Part shown: positions 57,660-64,000 of the stretch, piece by piece
Layout of the letters: every line of letters starts with the position of its first letter
Position numbering within the stretch: the first letter of the stretch is position 1
Assembly: GCA_964590105.1 (NCBI GenBank)
Contig: CAZPYM010000001.1
Location: 76,768-140,767 of the forward strand
Reading direction: 5' to 3'
Source: an uncultured Gammaproteobacteria bacterium
GTDB taxonomy: Bacteria; Patescibacteriota; Patescibacteriia; UBA11705; JABHMO01
DNA length: 64,000 nucleotides
Program-made: the position numbers and the translations under genes
Notes under the pieces: model-generated
Seen by the model: the letters and a program-made list of their open reading frames with translations, nothing else
Database searches by the model: none
Told to the model about the DNA's origin: nothing

Positions 57660-58943
57660 ATGCCCCACGTCGGATTTATTGACCCCATGTATCAGCCAAA
57701 TTACAAAAAAGAGATTGTGGCCACTTTTCATATGGAGCCGGAAGTGGCTTTTAATGAAGCGGCGGAGGCAGTGGCCGGTGAAAGTTCAATTGGTTCGTGG
57801 ACTGATTTATCCACGCTAAAGCCGGAAGTTGCCCAAAAAATTAAAGCCGTGGTTTTTTATTTAAATCAAAAACAAAAAATTATTAAAATCGCTTATCCTT
57901 TGGATTTGTTTGAACTCGGAAGCATTCCACAATTTCTTTCGAGCGTGGGCGGTAATGTTTTTTCAATGAAAGCCGTGAAAAATCTGCGATTGTTGGATGT
58001 GGAATTCCCGGAAAAATATATTAAAAGTTTTCAAGGGCCGGCGCTTGGCATTGAGGGTATTAGAAAAATATTGAAAAATAAAGACCGGCTTATTCTTGGC
58101 AGTATTATTAAACCCAAAGTCGGATTAACTGCGGCTGAACACGCGGAGGTTGCCTATGAAGTGTGGCGGAATGGAATTGACCTGGTAAAAGACGATGAAA
58201 ATCTGACCGACATGGTTTTTAATCGATTTGAAGAGCGGGTAAAAAGAACTTTGGCCAAAAGAAAAAAAGCAGAAGAGGAAACAGGAAAAATTAAAATATA
58301 TGCAGTGAATATTACCGCACCGGCAGATATCATGCTGGAACGAGCCAAGTTTGTGAAGGCGCAGGGCGGCCGTTGTGTAATGGTGGATATAATTTCAACC
58401 GGCCTCGACAATGTTCAGTATTTACGTAAGCAAAATTTAGGTTTGATAATTCACGGGCACCGAGCGGGCCATAGCACTTTTACCCGCAATCCGCGGCACG
58501 GTATTACCATGCTCGTCATTGCCAAACTTGCCAGATTGGCTGGAGTTGATCAGCTTCATACTGGCACAGTCGTTGGCAAGATGGAAGGTTCAGTGGATGA
58601 TGTCTTGACGACTAATGAGCTGTTGCGGGAAGACTGGCAGCATTATCATGTTCTTCAAGAAAATTGGACGTCATTAAAACCAACCATGCCCATTGCTTCA
58701 GGCGGACTGCATCCGGGCCTTTTGCCAAAACTGGTTGAAATCCTTGGCAGCGATTTAATCGCTAATTTTGGCGGCGGGGTGCATGGACATCGAGATGGCT
58801 CGGCAGCCGGCGCTCGCGCCTGTTTTCAGGCGGCTGAGGCCATTGCAGCGGGCAAATCACTGCGCGATCAGGCCAAATTTCATCCTGAACTGAAAATAGC
58901 GCTGGATCAGTGGGGCGGTGTGAAATATAAATATGAGAGGTGA
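57660..58943 (+). CDS. rbcL: form III (archaeal-type) RuBisCO large subunit
   Basis: ESSIGSWT, GNVF.MK, KPKVGL, DLVKDDENL, HGHRAGH, LHTGTVVGKMEG, ASGGLHPG, GGGVHGH. Confidence 0.95.
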   Translation: MPHVGFIDPMYQPNYKKEIVATFHMEPEVAFNEAAEAVAGESSIGSWTDLSTLKPEVAQKIKAVVFYLNQKQKIIKIAYPLDLFELGSIPQFLSSVGGNVFSMKAVKNLRLLDVEFPEKYIKSFQGPALGIEGIRKILKNKDRLILGSIIKPKVGLTAAEHAEVAYEVWRNGIDLVKDDENLTDMVFNRFEERVKRTLAKRKKAEEETGKIKIYAVNITAPADIMLERAKFVKAQGGRCVMVDIISTGLDNVQYLRKQNLGLIIHGHRAGHSTFTRNPRHGITMLVIAKLARLAGVDQLHTGTVVGKMEGSVDDVLTTNELLREDWQHYHVLQENWTSLKPTMPIASGGLHPGLLPKLVEILGSDLIANFGGGVHGHRDGSAAGARACFQAAEAIAAGKSLRDQAKFHPELKIALDQWGGVKYKYER

Positions 58944-59133
58944 AGAGGATATAGGATGAACAGGATAAATAGGAGATTAGAAACTGGAAATCAGAAATTG
59001 GGGTTACTGTCTTTTCTTTCTATTTCACATCTCACGTCTCACTTCTCACTTCTCATGTCTTACTACTTTTTCGCGTTTGTAATTTGTTATTTGCTTGTAA
59101 TTTGTTATTTGTAATTTGTAATTTTATTATTTT

Positions 59134-60633
59134 ATGTCGTATTATCTAAAATGTAAAAAACTGGATTTTTCCACCGGCGGGCCATTGGTGGTTCTTTTGA
59201 ATGAAGAAGAAGCGCAAAACTACGGTATTTATCCGGGAGACAGAGTTCAAATCGGCTGGGACAAAAAAAAGAAAGAGATTGCCGACGTGGATGTTTCGGA
59301 TTCGAAAGTCCAACCTGGCGAGATCGGATTATTTGAGGAAATTTGGAAAAAACACAATGTTGAAAGCGGCGACGTGGCTGAAATAACGTTGGAATCGCGG
59401 CCGCTGTCAATGGAAACTCTGCGAAAAAAAATGCTTGGCAAGCCGGCCAATTACAAAGAAATGTATGCGCTGATCAAAGATATTGCTGACGGCAGAATGG
59501 GTAAAATTGAAACAACATATTACGCGGCCAGCGGATTTGTTAAACCTTTTTCTGACCAGGAACTTTATTTTGTGGCCAAGGCCATGGCGGAAACCGGTGA
59601 ACAATTCAATTATAAAAAAATAAAAGTGGCAGACAAACATTCGGTCGGCGGCTTGGCCGGCAATAGGATGACGCCGATTATTGTTTCAATAATTGCTTCA
59701 CTTGGAATTTACATTCCGAAAACATCTTCTCGCGCCATCACTTCGCCTGCAGGAACTGCGGATATGATGGAAGTTCTTTGCCCCGTAAGTTTTACCTTGC
59801 CGGAAATAAAAAAAATTGTGCGCAAAACAAAAGGCTGCCTGGTCTGGGGTGGCGGACTGCGCATGGCGCCGGCTGATGACAAAATTATTAAAGTTTCCCG
59901 GCCGTTGGCAGTGGAATCATATGATAAAATGATTGTCAGTATTATTGCCAAGAAAGTGGCGACCGGTGTTGACTATTTAGTTGTGGATGTTCCTGTAGGC
60001 GCGACCTGTAAAGTGCCGGACATGAAACATGCCAGGCAAATTGAGAAAAAGTTTCATGCTCTGTGCAAAAGATTTAATATTAAAGTAAAAGTGGTAATAA
60101 CTCCAGCCAAAGAACCGATCGGTCGGGGAATAGGACCGGCGCTCGAAGCTAGGGATGTTCTGCGCGTTCTTCAGCAACATAAATTCAAGCCGCTTGATCT
60201 GGAAAATAAATCTTGCAAGCTGGCCGGCAAGCTTCTCGAATTAAAAGGGTTTTGTCGCGCTGGCAAGGGAATTTTAATCGCCAAGCAGCAAATAAAAAAC
60301 GGCGAGGCTTGGAAAAAAATGAATCAGATTATTATTGCTCAGGGAGGCAAAGTAGATATTAATTCCGAAGAAGTAATGCAGGAAGTGGAACGCTATGAGA
60401 TTCATGCCAAAAGAAAAGGGAAAATAGCTTTTGTTGATAATAAAGAAATAAATGAGGTGTGCATGAACCTGGGCGCGCCGATTGATAAATACGCCGGTAT
60501 TCATACGCACGTGAGATATGGCCAAAAAGTGAAAAAAGGTCAGAAGCTTTTCACCATGTACGCCAGCAGTCATGATCGCCTAAAACTGGGCGTGGCCGCC
60601 GCCGGTAACAATATAATTTTCCACATCAATTAG
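59134..60633 (+). CDS. deoA: AMP phosphorylase (thymidine phosphorylase family, ~500-aa type)
   Basis: N-terminal barrel extension, DKHSVGG..GNR, PKTSSRAITSPAGTAD, WGG, APADD, PIGRGIGPALEARD. Confidence 0.92.
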   Translation: MSYYLKCKKLDFSTGGPLVVLLNEEEAQNYGIYPGDRVQIGWDKKKKEIADVDVSDSKVQPGEIGLFEEIWKKHNVESGDVAEITLESRPLSMETLRKKMLGKPANYKEMYALIKDIADGRMGKIETTYYAASGFVKPFSDQELYFVAKAMAETGEQFNYKKIKVADKHSVGGLAGNRMTPIIVSIIASLGIYIPKTSSRAITSPAGTADMMEVLCPVSFTLPEIKKIVRKTKGCLVWGGGLRMAPADDKIIKVSRPLAVESYDKMIVSIIAKKVATGVDYLVVDVPVGATCKVPDMKHARQIEKKFHALCKRFNIKVKVVITPAKEPIGRGIGPALEARDVLRVLQQHKFKPLDLENKSCKLAGKLLELKGFCRAGKGILIAKQQIKNGEAWKKMNQIIIAQGGKVDINSEEVMQEVERYEIHAKRKGKIAFVDNKEINEVCMNLGAPIDKYAGIHTHVRYGQKVKKGQKLFTMYASSHDRLKLGVAAAGNNIIFHIN

Positions 60634-60698
60634 TTTGACAGCTGGGTAAAAAATATGATAACCTTATTTAAGTAACATAATTAATTAAAGTATAATTT

Positions 60699-61433
60699 AT
60701 GGTAGAAGAATTACATCCTGTGAGCAGGAAATCAGGAGAAAAAACCAATTTTTTTCTGGGATTTTTTTCAGGCATGGCCTTGCTGGCCGTGGTCGCTTTT
60801 TTTGTTTTGTTAATCATGGTTTTTGTTGGCAAACAGCCTGTTGATTTGGCTGTTAACGCAGAAGATAACACTGCGTTGGCCGCGGAAGAGCAGCAAGCGC
60901 CGGAAGCAGCGCCAGTTCCGCCGGTTACTGATGCGGATTACTTTATCGGCGGTAAAAATGCCAAAGTTGTATTGATTGAATACACTGATTTTGAGTGTCC
61001 CTATTGCCTGCGCCATCATGACACAGCCAAGCAGATCAGAGAAACGTATGGGGACAAAATAAAGTTTGTCGGTAGAAATTTTCCTTTGTCTTTTCACCCC
61101 GAGTCTCAGAAAGCTGCAGAAGCGGTGGAATGCGCCGGCGAGCAGGGTAAATACTGGCAAATGTATGACGCGGCTTTTGCGGCTAATGAAGCTGGTGAAA
61201 TGGGCGTGGAAAAATGGAAGTCCGAAGCTGTAAAACTCGGATTAAATGCCAGTAAATTTAATGATTGTTTGGATTCGGGAAAAACCGTTTCTAAAATTGA
61301 TGAGCAAATGGCCAGCGCCAGCGCAGCTGGAGTTGACGGAACGCCAGCGACTTTTGTCAATGGGCAATTGGTCAGCGGTGCTTTGCCGTTTGAAAGTTTC
61401 AAGCAGATTATTGACGGATTACTTGGAGAATAA
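60699..61433 (+). CDS. DsbA/DsbG-family thiol-disulfide oxidoreductase
   Basis: TM anchor, EYTDFECPYC, FPLSFH, GVDGTPATFVNG. Confidence 0.9.
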   Translation: MVEELHPVSRKSGEKTNFFLGFFSGMALLAVVAFFVLLIMVFVGKQPVDLAVNAEDNTALAAEEQQAPEAAPVPPVTDADYFIGGKNAKVVLIEYTDFECPYCLRHHDTAKQIRETYGDKIKFVGRNFPLSFHPESQKAAEAVECAGEQGKYWQMYDAAFAANEAGEMGVEKWKSEAVKLGLNASKFNDCLDSGKTVSKIDEQMASASAAGVDGTPATFVNGQLVSGALPFESFKQIIDGLLGE

Positions 61434-61502
61434 ATGTAAATTTAGAATATAAGAAAATCCCGCACTTTTGAAAGGCGGGATTTTTTTTGGGTAATAGGAG
61501 AT

Positions 61503-62087
61503 TTAAGAAATCTCTTTGATCTGGTGGGCCAGACTGAAAACAGCGAACAATAGACTGGCGGTCAGAACGTAATTGATGAACAGTTCTGCGATAATGATGG
61601 TTTCATTATCGATTTGCAGATTGACGATGGCCAGTTTGAGCAGGATTAGCAGACAGAACGCGCTTTTTTCAAAGTTGGCCTTGAGCTTTCCGGATAATTT
61701 GGCCATGATATTGTAAGCAACCTGTTTTTTTACTCCATAGTTCCATTTGTAAATGCGCAGTACGGTTAGTGAAATGCCGAGAGTAATGACCGGCAGGCTG
61801 ACAAAAATGGAAATTTCTTTCCAGAAATAGATTAGGAATGTCCAGGTAAAAAACTTGTCTACCAGCGGGTCAAAGAATGCGCCGATTTGCGAGGAGCATT
61901 TCAGCCGTCGCGCCACCCAGCCGTCAAAAAGGTCCGACAGCCAGGCAAGTACGTACACAGCGAGCGCCCAGTACAAAAGCCATTTTTCAAGGAGACAAAG
62001 AACGATTGGTACCATCAGTAGCCCGAAAAGTGTGATGGAATTTGGCAGAAGTCCGCGCCTAAAGTCGCGTTTGAAACTGTATATCAT
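61503..62087 (-). CDS. CDP-alcohol phosphatidyltransferase (PgsA-like)
   Basis: PNSIT, DLFDGWVAR...GAFFDPLVDK; AAGGAGG RBS. Confidence 0.85.
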   Translation of the reverse strand: MIYSFKRDFRRGLLPNSITLFGLLMVPIVLCLLEKWLLYWALAVYVLAWLSDLFDGWVARRLKCSSQIGAFFDPLVDKFFTWTFLIYFWKEISIFVSLPVITLGISLTVLRIYKWNYGVKKQVAYNIMAKLSGKLKANFEKSAFCLLILLKLAIVNLQIDNETIIIAELFINYVLTASLLFAVFSLAHQIKEIS

Positions 62088-62300
62088 GCGAAGCCCTCCT
62101 TTTTTGCAACCATAATAAAGTATAGTTTACCGCGATTATGAACGATGTCAAGGTTGAATTTTTTAATCAGATTTGCTAGAATTGAATTAGGATTTTCAAA
62201 ATAGAGATTTAGTTAAAACCCTGATATTATGAAGTCTCTGATGAATTTTAAATTCTAGATTTCCTTTGGTTTTTGGGCTTTTAACTTTGAGTTTATTCCT

Positions 62301-62388
62301 GGAGGGTTCGCCTAGTGGTCTATGGCGCACGCTTGGAAAGCGTGTTGAGCGCAAGCTCTCGAGGGTTCAAATCCCTCACCCTCCGCCA
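62301..62388 (+). tRNA. tRNA-Ser(GGA)
   Basis: GGAGGGT/ACCCTCC acceptor, CACGC-TTGGAAA-GCGTG anticodon arm, long variable arm, TTCAAAT T-loop, encoded CCA. Confidence 0.96.
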
Positions 62389-62535
62389 CTCGACTCGCTA
62401 CGCTAGCTCGTGGTCTTCGACCAAGTATCGGAAAAAGAGTCGAGTGCCTCGAACGAACCCTTCACTTTCGTTCAGGGTAAACTCCGTGAGGCGAGAGGCA
62501 AGTTACTCGCTACGCTCGCTCGTGGTCTTTGGCCA
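62389..62535. repeat. REP-like repeats downstream of tRNA-Ser
   Basis: Direct repeat ACTCGCTACGCT(A/C)GCTCGTGGTCTT at ~62393 and ~62505; CACTCGACTC/GAGTCGAGTG inverted pair. Confidence 0.6.
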
Positions 62536-62640
62536 AGGAAAGGGACGAAAGTCTTGATATATGCAGGTGAGCCTGGAGTCTCATGTGCAATATTAATTGC
62601 GGCAGGCTTTGTAAATGACATTATTAATTTATCCATCAGT

Positions 62641-63051
62641 ATGAAAATTTATTTTGCGGGTTCCATTAGAGGCGGGAGAGACGATGCGGATTTATATTTT
62701 AAAATAATTGAGCATTTGAAGCGTTACGGTGAGGTTTTAACAGAACATGTCGGGGACAAGAACCTCAAGCTTCAAGGTGAAGATGGTCTCACAAATGAAT
62801 ATATTCATAATCGCGATCTTGAATGGGTTTTGGAGGCTGCTGTTTTAGTTGCTGAAGTTTCGACTGCGTCGCTTGGTGTTGGCTATGAAATTGGGAGAGC
62901 TATTGAGAATGGGAAAAGAGTCCTATGTCTGCATCGTTGTCAAGACGGAAAAAGACTTTCTGCCATGATTGCCGGTTCTCCTGATGTAACTAACGCAGAA
63001 TATAGAAACATAGACGAGGCTATAGAAATAATTGATGATTTTTTAAAATAA
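62641..63051 (+). CDS. 2'-deoxynucleoside 5'-phosphate N-hydrolase (DNPH1/Rcl; nucleoside deoxyribosyltransferase family)
   Basis: KIYFAGSIRGGR, VLTEHV, RDLEW, AEVSTASLGVGYEIG, LSAMI; start reassigned to 62641. Confidence 0.9.
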   Translation: MKIYFAGSIRGGRDDADLYFKIIEHLKRYGEVLTEHVGDKNLKLQGEDGLTNEYIHNRDLEWVLEAAVLVAEVSTASLGVGYEIGRAIENGKRVLCLHRCQDGKRLSAMIAGSPDVTNAEYRNIDEAIEIIDDFLK

Positions 63052-63080
63052 AGTTTGTTTTTGCGCTTTTCAAATATCAT

Positions 63081-63404
63081 ATGCAAATAAAAAAAATTTT
63101 CGAGAAATCAAATCGAAAAATTCGCGTAATGAGCGCGATTGAGTACATTTTATTTCAGGAACACGGAATTGAATTTAGCCAAGTCCCGGTGACGCTTAAA
63201 AAACGACTTGAACAGCTGGTTGGTGATTTGCTGCTCAATAAAGCTGGCGCTTCAACAAAACGCGAGCAATCATCAGTAAGTGGAACTGCGGAGCTGGTCA
63301 AACAAGGATTGTTGGAGTTTGGAATCAAGGGGGAGCTCTCCGAATTGACGGGAATAATTGACGAAATTATTCAGCATGAAAAGGAGCGTTCGCGCGAAGA
63401 TTGA
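63081..63404 (+). CDS. hypothetical protein
   Basis: 107-aa ORF between DNPH1-like gene and tRNA. Confidence 0.55.
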   Translation: MQIKKIFEKSNRKIRVMSAIEYILFQEHGIEFSQVPVTLKKRLEQLVGDLLLNKAGASTKREQSSVSGTAELVKQGLLEFGIKGELSELTGIIDEIIQHEKERSRED

Positions 63405-63424
63405 CAATTCTCGCTGGTTTTTTT

Positions 63425-63499
63425 GTCCTCGTAGTTCAACGGATAGAATGTGAGCTTCCGGAGCTCAAGATGGAGGTTCGATTCCTCCCGGGGGCACCA
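63425..63499 (+). tRNA. tRNA-Arg(CCG)
   Basis: GTCCTCG/CGGGGGC acceptor, TGAGC-TTCCGGA-GCTCA anticodon arm, GGAGG-TTCGATT-CCTCC, CCA. Confidence 0.95.
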
Positions 63500-63635
63500 G
63501 CCTTCGCTCTGTACTTTGTCAGGGCTACGGCTGGCAGGCCATGTATTTTGGAATGAGTGCGGGGCTCGGGTACATGGTAAACCATTGTTTAGTGCTCTGA
63601 AACTCGGGGCTTGGGGCCATATATATTTAATTGTT

Positions 63636-64000
63636 ATGAAGAAAAATATTATTATAATCGTTTTGGTTGTAATTGCAATATGTTCATTTGTTTTGTGGGA
63701 AAAAGATTCAGAACATAATGCAACTTCACTCTCACTGCCCAGCACTTGCCTTGATCAGCCGGAGGGCGCGCCAGTAATAACTTCTTTATCAAACTATTCT
63801 GGTTCTGTGGGGATGGAATTGGAAATAAACGGTTGTAACTTCGCCGGCTTCGAAGGCGACAAGAATATTTGGCTTGAGAATGGGCTCGGAATAAAGGGAA
63901 TTCTTTTTGGAGAATCAGATTCAACAAACAAATTAATAAAGATTACTTTGCAGTCACCGCTTTGTCAGCAGGATACTTCATACAGCGGTCTGCCGTGTGA
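63636..64000 (+). CDS. secreted/membrane-anchored protein with IPT/TIG-like domain, 3'-truncated by window edge
   Basis: MKKNIIIIVLVVIAIC signal, PVITSLS..SGSVG.ELEINGCNF; frame open to window end. Confidence 0.65.
   Translation, partial: MKKNIIIIVLVVIAICSFVLWEKDSEHNATSLSLPSTCLDQPEGAPVITSLSNYSGSVGMELEINGCNFAGFEGDKNIWLENGLGIKGILFGESDSTNKLIKITLQSPLCQQDTSYSGLPC

Noticed and set aside
57660-58943. Autotrophic Calvin cycle or form IV RuBisCO-like protein
   Set aside because: No rbcS or prk in the window and the context is the AMP pathway; catalytic KDDE and loop-6 GKMEG are intact, so it is not form IV.
62315-62640. ORF 62315-62557 and N-terminal extension of 62410-63051
   Set aside because: They overlap tRNA-Ser and REP repeats; the family-typical start is ATG 62641.

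Overview
A 64-kb chromosomal segment, most likely from a Patescibacteria/CPR (Parcubacteria-like) bacterium. This is inferred from gene content, core genes lacking Shine-Dalgarno (SD) motifs, and standard TGA stops. Most of it is housekeeping: gatA, queH, pcrA/uvrD, ddl, rplU, recR-ebfC-dnaB, folD-glyA, elp3, murC/murB, hpf-secA, secDF, rluB, tRNA-Ser and tRNA-Arg. It also carries an archaeal-type AMP/nucleoside catabolism cluster (R15P isomerase, form III RuBisCO, AMP phosphorylase). The standout signal is an unannotated ~1.13-kb interval (about 9817-10951, + strand) that reads as a giant, ornate, independently transcribed structured RNA. It has a sigma70 promoter preceded by a perfect DnaA box, four nested long-range helices joining its 5' and 3' ends, at least 12 GNRA/UUCG-capped hairpins and an intrinsic terminator. 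Two further small structured RNAs have their own promoter and terminator: a 6S-like RNA at ~20720-20899 (+) and an unclassified RNA at ~37779-37961 (-). Other oddities: two membrane-anchored Clp ATPases with complementary active and dead AAA+ modules, a SecD-parvulin fusion, paralogous surface proteins sharing a GFGWP leader next to an O-antigen-ligase-like gene, strand-asymmetric intergenic repeats linked to a GxxExxY gene, and orphan genes carrying strong SD sequences. All structure calls are by eye; no database searches or folding programs were run.
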